Shown: piece by piece, positions 56,614 to 64,000 of the stretch
Layout of the letters: each line of letters starts with the position of its first letter
Numbering within the stretch: position 1 is the first letter of the stretch
Origin: an uncultured Planctomycetia bacterium
GTDB taxonomy: Bacteria > Planctomycetota > MHYJ01 > WSZJ01
Assembly: GCA_964590435.1 (NCBI GenBank)
Contig: CAZPWT010000008.1
Location: forward strand, 83,880 to 147,879
Direction of reading: 5' to 3'
Length of the DNA: 64,000 nucleotides
Program-made: the position numbers and the translations under genes
The notes under the pieces: model-generated
Told to the model about the DNA's origin: nothing
The model's database searches: none
Seen by the model: only the letters and a program-made list of their open reading frames with translations

Positions 56614-57558
56614 CTACGAGGCGGACTTGAGCCGGTTCTTCTCGGCGGAAGCGCGCTCCAGCGCGCCCTCCACGAGCCCCTGGAAGGCCGCGGCATCCGC
56701 CACGGGGGCCGGGAAGGCGCCCACTCCCACGCTGATGGAGATCTTCCCCCCCGGCATCTCCGCCCGGTTCGCGAACTGGGAGTTCGCGACCATCGACCGG
56801 ATCCAGTCCGCCACCTCGATCGCCTTCTCCTGGTCCGTCTCCGGCATCAGCACCGCGAACCGGTCCGGCCCGTACCGCACCAGCAGGTCCGTGTCCCTCA
56901 CCTGCTGCTGGAAGATCTTCGCGATCCCCTGAACCAGCTGGTCCGCCGACTGCCGCCCGAACGCCGACGCGTACTTGTCCAGGTAGTCCACCTGCGCCAG
57001 CGCCAGCGCCACCGGCCGCTCCGCGCGCTTGGCCCGCTTGAGCTCCCTCGCGAACATCTCGTCGAAGAGCTTCCGCGAGGCCAGCCCGGTCATCGCGTCC
57101 ACGGTCGCCGCCGCCTCGGCGCCCTTCTGGACCGCGGCGGCCTGCTGCCGCAGGTCGGCGACGGCGCCGACGAGCCCGCCCAGGTCGCGCTCGAGCTCCT
57201 TGATGCGCGTCCCCATCGCCGTCACCGCCGTGGCATCGCGGCGCGCCGACGCGATGAACAGCGCGACCACGCCGCAGCCGAGCGCCGCGGCGGACCGCAC
57301 GGCGTCGGCCAGTTCTCGCGGCCCGCCGCGCGGCGGACGGAACAGCGCCGGCACCGCCAGCGCCAGCGACAGCCCAAGCAGCGCCAGGCTCAGCCTCGAC
57401 ACGAACACCGCATGCGGGTCCGCCCCGCCGCGCCGCGCGATCACCCGCGACTGGATCGCCGCCCACGCCGCCATCACCACGAAGACGACGCTTCCGATCG
57501 CGTGCACCATCTGCGGCACGCTGAGCGACAGCGACCGGACCGAAGCGGGATCAGGCAT
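56614..57558 (-). CDS. Membrane-anchored GGDEF-domain protein with degenerate active site
   Basis: N-terminal TM helices; GGDEF fold (DAMTGLASRKLFDEMF) but signature reads RYGPDRF instead of RYGGEEF. Confidence 0.75.
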   Translation of the reverse strand: MPDPASVRSLSLSVPQMVHAIGSVVFVVMAAWAAIQSRVIARRGGADPHAVFVSRLSLALLGLSLALAVPALFRPPRGGPRELADAVRSAAALGCGVVALFIASARRDATAVTAMGTRIKELERDLGGLVGAVADLRQQAAAVQKGAEAAATVDAMTGLASRKLFDEMFARELKRAKRAERPVALALAQVDYLDKYASAFGRQSADQLVQGIAKIFQQQVRDTDLLVRYGPDRFAVLMPETDQEKAIEVADWIRSMVANSQFANRAEMPGGKISISVGVGAFPAPVADAAAFQGLVEGALERASAEKNRLKSAS

Positions 57559-57991
57559 CGGTCGCCTCCCCTCCCGCCGCGTGTTTCGCGTCGTGCAGCG
57601 CGAGAAGCGCGAACACCCCCGCCGCCACGAGCAGGATCACGTCGAACTGCAGGTAGTAGTAGATCTCCCCGCGCCCCCCGATCGGCGTGAACCGCGCCCC
57701 CTCCGCCAGCGGGTCCCCCTTCTCCGTCGCCGGGTAGTACGGCACCCACGCCATGTCGCCATTGGGCTGGCGCTGGAGCTGGAAGCGTGGGGTGCCCAGG
57801 ATCGGGTTGCCGCCGGCGTCGGTGATGGCGCCGACGTCGCTGGATTCGGGAAGGGCGATGGTGGCGAGGCGCGAGAGCGTCCAGAGGCAGAGGCAGAGGC
57901 ACGCGACCTGCCAGTAGCGCCACGACGGGCGGCTCACGAGCCCGTCGGCCTGCAGCCGCGCGGCGGCGTACAGCGCGCCGAGGAAGAACAT
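57551..57991 (-). CDS. Small membrane protein, hypothetical
   Basis: C-terminal part of ORF 57551..59656 with two hydrophobic helices; 8-bp overlap with GGDEF start; start uncertain. Confidence 0.35.
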   Translation of the reverse strand: MFFLGALYAAARLQADGLVSRPSWRYWQVACLCLCLWTLSRLATIALPESSDVGAITDAGGNPILGTPRFQLQRQPNGDMAWVPYYPATEKGDPLAEGARFTPIGGRGEIYYYLQFDVILLVAAGVFALLALHDAKHAAGGEATDA

Positions 57992-58081
57992 GCCGTAGCC
58001 GATCACCTGGAACCAGAACGGCCCGGTGTAGAAGACGGACGATTGATCGGCGAGCGGCGGCACGCCGGGTAGGATAACGGC

Positions 58082-59890
58082 ATGAAACCACGCCTCGTTT
58101 TGTTTTTCGCCGCGGCCGCCGCATTCGGGGTCGCGCTGCGGGCGGAGGATCCGCCGAAGGAAGCGCCCCCGGCGAAGGTCGAAGGGCCGGTTCTCGACGC
58201 AGCCGTGGAGAAACGCCTGAAGCAGGCGCTCGACTGCGTGAACCTGTCGGTCGAGGACCTCGGCTGGGACAAGCGCCCGCTCTCCGACGAGTGGCGGCTC
58301 AACTGCGTGAACGACACGCTCGACCACCCGATGAAGCTCGCGGACTGGGCGCAGCGGGCGGAAAAGGAATTCGCCGACGACCCTCAGGCCGCGGCGCGCA
58401 ACGGCGCCGCGTGGATGGACATCGACGCGGCAAAGATGACCGTGATGCGCGAAGGGAAATTCGGGATGCAGCTCGACGTCGAGCCGCCCGCCGCCCGCGA
58501 TCTCATCCTCACGGTCCTCAGCGGCTGGCGCTTCGCCGAATCCCAGCGCCGCGCGGCGATGGAGAAGCTCGACGACGCGGACGAAGCGGCGCTCGCGACG
58601 GACGGCGTGCGGCTGTACGCGGACACTTCCGAGCAGGAATGGGACAGCGCGGCGGTGCTGAAGACGGCGTCGAAGATCGACCTCGCGGGGCTGTTCCGGG
58701 CGGAGCTGGCGCTCGCCGACCTCGCGGCGCAACTGCGCAAGGCCGCGGTGGACGGCAAGGCCTGGAAGACGGGGAGCTGGAAGCCCGAGGGGATGGGCGC
58801 GTACCCGGAGCTGAAGGGGCTGTCGATCGGGATCGGCGGGCCGGGGCCGGACAGGCACACGGAGGACATCGTGATCGACGCGGGCGGCGACGACGAGTAC
58901 GTCGGGTGCCGCTTCGTGCTCGACCTCGGCGGCGACGACACGTATCGCGGCTGCGGGAAGGGGCTGGTCGCGTGCGGGCTGATCGTCGACATGGCCGGGA
59001 ACGATCGCTACATCGACGGGAATGTGGCGCAGGGCGGCGCGGCCTTCGGCGCTTCGCTGCTCGTGGACGTCGCGGGGGACGACCGGTACGAAGCGGACCA
59101 GGTGTCGCAGGGGTCGGGGTTTTTCGGGGTGGGGATGCTGTTCGACCTGGCGGGGGACGACGGGTACCGGGGGGCGCGGCACGTACAGGGGTTCGGGGGC
59201 GTGAAGGGGTTGGGGGTGCTGTCGGACGTCGCGGGCAACGACACCTACTACGCGGGCGGCAAGTATTCGCACGCACCGCTGTTGCCGGAGAACTTCCAGT
59301 CGCTGTCGCAGGGGTTCGGGTTCGGGCTGCGACCGAACGTGTCTGGCGGCGTGGGGATCCTGGCGGACCACGCGGGGAACGACCAGTACACGGCGGAAGT
59401 GTTCGGGCAGGGGGCGAGCTACTGGTTCGCGCTGGGGGTGCTGGTGGACTCGGCGGGACATGACAAGTACGACCTGTACCAGTACGGGCAGGGGTCCGGC
59501 ATCCACCTCTCGAGCGGCGTGCTGTTCGACCGCGCGGGGAACGACGCTTACTCGTGCAACAACGGCGTGGCGCAGGGGTGCGGCCACGACTGGGCCGCGG
59601 GGATGCTTCTCGACCTCGCCGGGAACGACTACTACCAGGGCGCCGGCATGACCCACGGCGGCGCGAACGCCAACGGCTTCGGCATCCTCATCGACCGCGC
59701 CGGCGACGACGCCTACTCGGGTGTCCGGCCGGAGTGCCAGGGCTGGTCGTTCCAGAGCCGCGGGACCTTCGGCCTCGGCGTGCTGCTGGATCTCGGCGGG
59801 AAGGATCGGTACTCGCAGGGCGGAAGGGACAACACGGCGTGGACGAAGAGCTGGCTGGGAGTTGGACTGGATTGCGAGGAGGGGAAATGA
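58082..59890 (+). CDS. Secreted repeat protein with about 12 DxAGNDxY units (beta-helix-like, inferred)
   Basis: Signal peptide MKPRLVLFFAAAAAFGVALRA; recurring 20-25 aa units (VDMAGNDRYIDG, VDVAGDDRYEAD, SDVAGNDTYYAG, LDLAGNDYYQGA). Confidence 0.7.
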   Translation: MKPRLVLFFAAAAAFGVALRAEDPPKEAPPAKVEGPVLDAAVEKRLKQALDCVNLSVEDLGWDKRPLSDEWRLNCVNDTLDHPMKLADWAQRAEKEFADDPQAAARNGAAWMDIDAAKMTVMREGKFGMQLDVEPPAARDLILTVLSGWRFAESQRRAAMEKLDDADEAALATDGVRLYADTSEQEWDSAAVLKTASKIDLAGLFRAELALADLAAQLRKAAVDGKAWKTGSWKPEGMGAYPELKGLSIGIGGPGPDRHTEDIVIDAGGDDEYVGCRFVLDLGGDDTYRGCGKGLVACGLIVDMAGNDRYIDGNVAQGGAAFGASLLVDVAGDDRYEADQVSQGSGFFGVGMLFDLAGDDGYRGARHVQGFGGVKGLGVLSDVAGNDTYYAGGKYSHAPLLPENFQSLSQGFGFGLRPNVSGGVGILADHAGNDQYTAEVFGQGASYWFALGVLVDSAGHDKYDLYQYGQGSGIHLSSGVLFDRAGNDAYSCNNGVAQGCGHDWAAGMLLDLAGNDYYQGAGMTHGGANANGFGILIDRAGDDAYSGVRPECQGWSFQSRGTFGLGVLLDLGGKDRYSQGGRDNTAWTKSWLGVGLDCEEGK

Positions 59891-60879
59891 GAGTTGCCAG
59901 CGGCCGGCGGCCAGCGGCCAGGGGCCTGGTCCTGATGGCGGTCCTGTCGATGTCGCTCCCCGCGGCGGCGGAGGAGCTCGACCTCGAGGGGTGGTGGAAG
60001 GACGCCTGCTTGTGGGAGGTCGGGTCGAACCTGGAGAAGGTGCCGGCCGCGCGGAAGAAGCTCATTGAAGCGGGTGCGCCTACGATCGAATTCCTCATCC
60101 CGGGGAAACTTGACGCGGCGGACACGATCATCACCCGCGCGCTCAGCATGGTCATCACCGGCATCGCGGGGACGGCTACGCAGAAGCCGCAGAGCCTGGA
60201 GATCCGCGAGAAGACCATCAAGGGGCTGATCGCCGCCATCGACTCGAACCTGCCCAACGTCCGCCGCAACGCCGCCGACCTCCTCGGCCAGCTCGGCGCC
60301 ACCGAGGCCGCTTCGAAAATCGCCGGCCTCCTCGCCGACAAGGACGCCCGCGGCGGCGCGCTCGCCGCCCTCGGCGCGCTCAAGGCCCAGTCCGCCGTGC
60401 CGGCCATCGCCGCCATGGCGCGCGACGCCTCCGTCTCCGAACGCGGGCGCTTCACCGCCGTCTCCACACTCGGCGCCATCGGCGGTCCCGACGCCCAGGC
60501 CGCCCTCCTCGAGTTCCTCGGCGACAAGCTCGCGACCGTGCGCTTCGCCGCCCAGTACGCGCTCGAAGCGATGCGTTCCACCGGGGCGTTCGTCAGCAGG
60601 CTCCGCGACGCCGACCGCCGCGTCCGCATCCACGCTCTCTCCGCCCTCGGCCACCTCGCCGAGCGCTCCACCCGCGCCGACATCCGCCCGCTCCTCGACG
60701 ATCCCGACGCGACCGTGCGCGGCTTCGCGGTGGAAGCGCTGGCGGCGATGCCGAAGCCGTCGGACCGGGCGTGGGTGGACGCGATGCTCGTGACGGAGAA
60801 GGACGAGTTCGTGCGCGGCAAGCTGCTCGAGGCGCGCGGGATCCTGCTCGACCCGCCTCGGCCGGACGGGACGAGGTAG
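59887..60879 (+). CDS. Secreted HEAT-repeat protein, translationally coupled to the upstream repeat protein
   Basis: ATG overlaps upstream stop (ATGA); signal peptide; repeated xxVRxxAAxALGxLG-type HEAT units. Confidence 0.7.
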   Translation: MRVASGRRPAARGLVLMAVLSMSLPAAAEELDLEGWWKDACLWEVGSNLEKVPAARKKLIEAGAPTIEFLIPGKLDAADTIITRALSMVITGIAGTATQKPQSLEIREKTIKGLIAAIDSNLPNVRRNAADLLGQLGATEAASKIAGLLADKDARGGALAALGALKAQSAVPAIAAMARDASVSERGRFTAVSTLGAIGGPDAQAALLEFLGDKLATVRFAAQYALEAMRSTGAFVSRLRDADRRVRIHALSALGHLAERSTRADIRPLLDDPDATVRGFAVEALAAMPKPSDRAWVDAMLVTEKDEFVRGKLLEARGILLDPPRPDGTR

Positions 60880-60891
60880 GAACGGTCGCGA

Positions 60892-62865
60892 TCAGGGCCG
60901 GCCGACGTCCAGGATCTCGATCCACGGCTCCGGCGACTCGAGCCGCTTCGCGCCGGCCGCGGCGAGCTTCGCGAGGTTATCGCGCGTCACTTCGGGGTCG
61001 AGGCCGTAAGTCTTCCGCAGGCGTTCGGCCTCGTCCCAGTTCGCGATGACGAGCGTCACGCCGGATTGACGCAGTGCGTCAAGAACGGCCGCGGGGTCGC
61101 CCTTCGCCGCGCGCCACGCCCGCGCGAACGGGCTCGTCTCGAACGGGTCGGCGTAGACGCACGCCCCGGGGACGTAGAACGCCCGCGCTTCGCCGATGAG
61201 AAGCGGCTTGCGGTCGCGGAGGCCCTCGAAGCGATCGGCGAGGAAGCGCGGGTCGGCGAGGGCCTCGGCGGCCGACGGCGGCGACGCGTTTTCCGCGCCG
61301 CGGTGGAGCAGGGCGCCGTGCCACAGGGCGTGCCCCGCGGCGAGCGCGGCGACGGCCGGCCACGCGAGCCGCGCGGGGAGCGCCGCGGCGCCGAGGCCGG
61401 CGCAGAGCGAGAGCGGGAGCGTGAGCGGTTGCAGGAAGCGCGGCTGGAGGTGGGTGGCGGAGAGCCAGAACAGGACCTGGAGGCCCGCGAAGACGGTAGC
61501 GCCGCCGGCGAGGGCGCGGGTCGGGCGCTTCGACAGCGCCAGGCCGAGCCCGGCGGCGGCGGCGGCGAGCCATGCCAGGCCGTAACCGGGGTCGCCGAAG
61601 CCGCGCGTCCAGACGGCGGCGACGCGTTCCCCGGCGGAGGCGCGCGGGAAGTGTCCGTTGATGAAGCGCCACTCCTCGGTTTCGCCCCAGTGCGCGCGGC
61701 CGAGGACGCGGGTCGCGAATGGGAACACGGGGTTGTGCGTCCAGGCGGCGTTGCGGGCGAGGTAGGGCACGTGGACGGCGAGCCCCGCGGCGCAGAAAAC
61801 CAGCGCGGCGAGCGCGAGGCGCTTCGGCGGAGTGCGCGCTGCCCCTTCTTCCCTGTCGCGGAATGCCGCGGCCGCCGCGAGCGCCGGCAGGAACAGGAAC
61901 CCGGCCGCGGTGAGCTTGGTCCCGACGGCGGCGCCGGCGCAGAGGCCCGCCGCCGCCATGACGCGGTGCGTCAACGGCCCTTCCCAGAGCACGACCAGTG
62001 CGCAGAGCCCGAGGAACGCCGCGGCCTGCTCGTTGTAGGCGAGCGAGCCGGTGACGAGGTTCCAGGGGACGGCGAGGTAGGCGCAGGCCGCGGCGGCGCC
62101 GGCGGCGCGCGAGCCGGTGCGGGCGCCGGCCCAGAGGCCGAGCAGGAGCGCCGTCCCGGCCGCAAACGACGCGTGCAGCCACTGCGCCCCGAGCATCCCT
62201 TCGTAGGCGCCGCCCCGAAGCGCGAAGACGCCGAGCGTCAGCATCTCGAAGTTCAGCGGCAGGTAGGAGTACAGGTTGTGCGGCAGGGCGCCGATCCCGC
62301 CGGACTCGAGCCACTCGCGCGGCACCTGCAGGTGGTACTCCAGCGCGTCGTACCCCTTGGCCTCCGACGGCCACAGCAGGCCGGGGGGAAACGAAGCGGC
62401 GACGGCGAGCACGGCGACGAGCGGCGCGGCGAGCGCGACGGCCGGGTGGGCGAAGAGTTCCCGGCCGCGGGCGAGCAGGCCCCGGAGGTCGCGCCCGGCG
62501 AGCGCCGCGACGACGCCGGCGAGGAGGAGGATCGCGACGACGGGAGCGCGGGCGAGCCCCGCGAGGCCGAGCAGGTGAAGGACGGTCATGAGCGCCGCGA
62601 ACCCGAGCCCGGCCTCGGCCGCAAACCGCGCGGCGACGGGCGCCCGGCCGCCCGCGAACGGATCCTCGCCGCGGCCCAGCACGGCCGAGGCCGCGAGCCG
62701 GCCGATTCCCAGCGCCGCCCCCCAGAACAGCGCCGCCGTCCCGCCCTCGAGCACCAGCGTGATCGCCCATGCCCCGGCGGCGGGAAGCGCCGAGAGCCTC
62801 GCCAGCACGGCCAGGACAGCCGCCAAGAACGCGGCAACCGGCACGAGAGGGAGGAAGCGGTTCAC
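60892..62865 (-). CDS. Polytopic membrane protein, possibly a PMT/ArnT-like glycosyltransferase
   Basis: 657 aa with more than 10 predicted hydrophobic helices; function is a guess from architecture. Confidence 0.65.
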   Translation of the reverse strand: MNRFLPLVPVAAFLAAVLAVLARLSALPAAGAWAITLVLEGGTAALFWGAALGIGRLAASAVLGRGEDPFAGGRAPVAARFAAEAGLGFAALMTVLHLLGLAGLARAPVVAILLLAGVVAALAGRDLRGLLARGRELFAHPAVALAAPLVAVLAVAASFPPGLLWPSEAKGYDALEYHLQVPREWLESGGIGALPHNLYSYLPLNFEMLTLGVFALRGGAYEGMLGAQWLHASFAAGTALLLGLWAGARTGSRAAGAAAACAYLAVPWNLVTGSLAYNEQAAAFLGLCALVVLWEGPLTHRVMAAAGLCAGAAVGTKLTAAGFLFLPALAAAAAFRDREEGAARTPPKRLALAALVFCAAGLAVHVPYLARNAAWTHNPVFPFATRVLGRAHWGETEEWRFINGHFPRASAGERVAAVWTRGFGDPGYGLAWLAAAAAGLGLALSKRPTRALAGGATVFAGLQVLFWLSATHLQPRFLQPLTLPLSLCAGLGAAALPARLAWPAVAALAAGHALWHGALLHRGAENASPPSAAEALADPRFLADRFEGLRDRKPLLIGEARAFYVPGACVYADPFETSPFARAWRAAKGDPAAVLDALRQSGVTLVIANWDEAERLRKTYGLDPEVTRDNLAKLAAAGAKRLESPEPWIEILDVGRP

Positions 62866-63222
62866 GGGCGGATGCTAACGGCGCGGCGGGCGGGCGGAAA
62901 GGACCGCGCGCCGGGGCCGGAAGGCGGCCGCAGGGACGTCATGACGCAGTGCGTCACCTCCCTCGGGAAGCGGGCATTTACGGGGTGCCCTGCGGACACT
63001 TCGGGGCGTTTAGAGGGGTTCTCCCTCGGAAACGTCGTCCGCAGGGTCGAATTGTGAAGAGTTTTCCCTTGGGCGGCCTGCAGGCGGATGGGGGGATTTT
63101 CTCATGTCCCACTTAACCCATTGCGCCACAAGGCTTTGTGCCATTTTCAGTCGGGCTCGCCCGCGATTCCGCCGCTTTCCCCCGCGTGTGGAAAACTCGT
63201 GGAAAGTCGACCAGCGACTCCC

Positions 63223-63993
63223 TTATTCCCTCTGCGGCACGGCGATCAGCACCTGCGTCCCGGGCACCGCCGCGAGCCCCGTCACGCTCGACCATCCCGT
63301 CATGCTTTCGGGCACATACGCCTTTTTCGCCGTCCCGCTCCGCACCGTGATCTTCGCACCGAATCCCTTCACCGCCTTAACCACCTCCCGCAACCCGTGC
63401 CCCCGCCCAGGATCGTCATGCCGCGACCGGTGCTCCTCGAACGCCGCTTCAATCGCCTCCCGGTCCGTGAGATATCGGTCCCCGTACGAGGCGCGCACGC
63501 CTCTTCCGGCATCCGCGACGGCGATCTTGAGGATATTGCGGCCGCGGAAGCGGTAGCGGTGGACGGCGACCCAGCCGGGGCCCTCGGCGTGCTCGGGGAT
63601 GTTGTGGCAAAGCTCGGCGAGGACGACGACGAAGCGACTGGACTGGGCGCGGTCGAAGCCGAGGTGGTCGCCGAGGAACGCGGGGGCGCGGTGGTGGAGG
63701 CGTTCGAGCATGGCGGAGACGTCGGCGTCGCGCTCGAGGCGCGTGAACGTCAGGAGCGAGTCGGAGTCGCCCTCGGGGGCGGGGGCGCGCTCGAGGGCGG
63801 CGTTGAAGCCGACGCGCCGGAGCCACGAGCGGACGACCAGCGGGCGCGGGGGCAACCACGACGCGCCGGCGCCGAGATGCGCGAGCAGCACCGCCGCCGC
63901 GGAAAGGTCGATGCGCTCGGCGGCTGAGAGATCGAGCGCGCGGCCCCGCGACTGGACCAGGAGACGGTCGAGATCGTCCTGATAGAGCTTCAT
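63223..63993 (-). CDS. Histidine-kinase-like ATPase protein (anti-sigma-factor-type kinase, inferred)
   Basis: LAELCHNIPEHAEGPGWVAV and IAVADAGRGV resemble the HATPase_c N and G boxes. Confidence 0.55.
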   Translation of the reverse strand: MKLYQDDLDRLLVQSRGRALDLSAAERIDLSAAAVLLAHLGAGASWLPPRPLVVRSWLRRVGFNAALERAPAPEGDSDSLLTFTRLERDADVSAMLERLHHRAPAFLGDHLGFDRAQSSRFVVVLAELCHNIPEHAEGPGWVAVHRYRFRGRNILKIAVADAGRGVRASYGDRYLTDREAIEAAFEEHRSRHDDPGRGHGLREVVKAVKGFGAKITVRSGTAKKAYVPESMTGWSSVTGLAAVPGTQVLIAVPQRE

Positions 63994-64000
63994 GCTCCCC

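Noticed and set aside
57992-59656. Minus-strand ORF 57551..59656 (701 aa) overlapping the beta-helix repeat gene
   Set aside because: Its N-terminal two-thirds is Arg/Pro-rich and antisense to a plus-strand gene with a signal peptide and regular repeats; only the C-terminal membrane-like part is kept, at low confidence.

Overview
High-GC (roughly 65-70%) bacterial chromosomal segment, gene-dense on both strands, with about 57 supportable CDS and no rRNA, tRNA, CRISPR array, transposase or integrase that I could recognise by eye. Identifiable core genes are malQ, mutS, a DinG-like helicase, leuB, a fused LeuC/LeuD-like aconitase-family dehydratase, prfB (with its canonical +1 programmed frameshift), a comF-like gene and a complete sufBCDS-sufU operon followed by a vapBC toxin-antitoxin pair and a second sufS-sufU module. 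The rest is dominated by signal-peptide or lipobox proteins built from repeats (TPR, HEAT, beta-propeller, beta-helix-like DxAGNDxY, PDZ), plus two esterases, a heparinase II/III-like protein and a degenerate GGDEF protein; this gene content is reminiscent of PVC-group or similar high-GC Gram-negative bacteria, but taxonomy cannot be fixed from sequence alone. Many adjacent genes overlap by 4 bp (ATGA or TTGA), which I used to place starts. The most unusual signals are: (i) a low-GC lipoprotein gene nested between a GNAT-ferritin reading frame and a diverged ~310-bp copy of that ferritin's 3-prime end; (ii) an exact 24-nt element found twice immediately after stop codons, with a shortened third copy; (iii) a GTCGAAG heptamer array found after two stop codons; (iv) a ~190-bp array of inverted AACTTCAAG-type repeats downstream of prfB; (v) a 15-16-nt palindrome present in three exact copies; and (vi) palindromic operator candidates upstream of sufB and vapB. 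All calls come from reading the ORF translations and the DNA directly; no database search was run, so family assignments rest on remembered motifs, and the ORF track uses GTG/TTG as well as ATG as 'M'.
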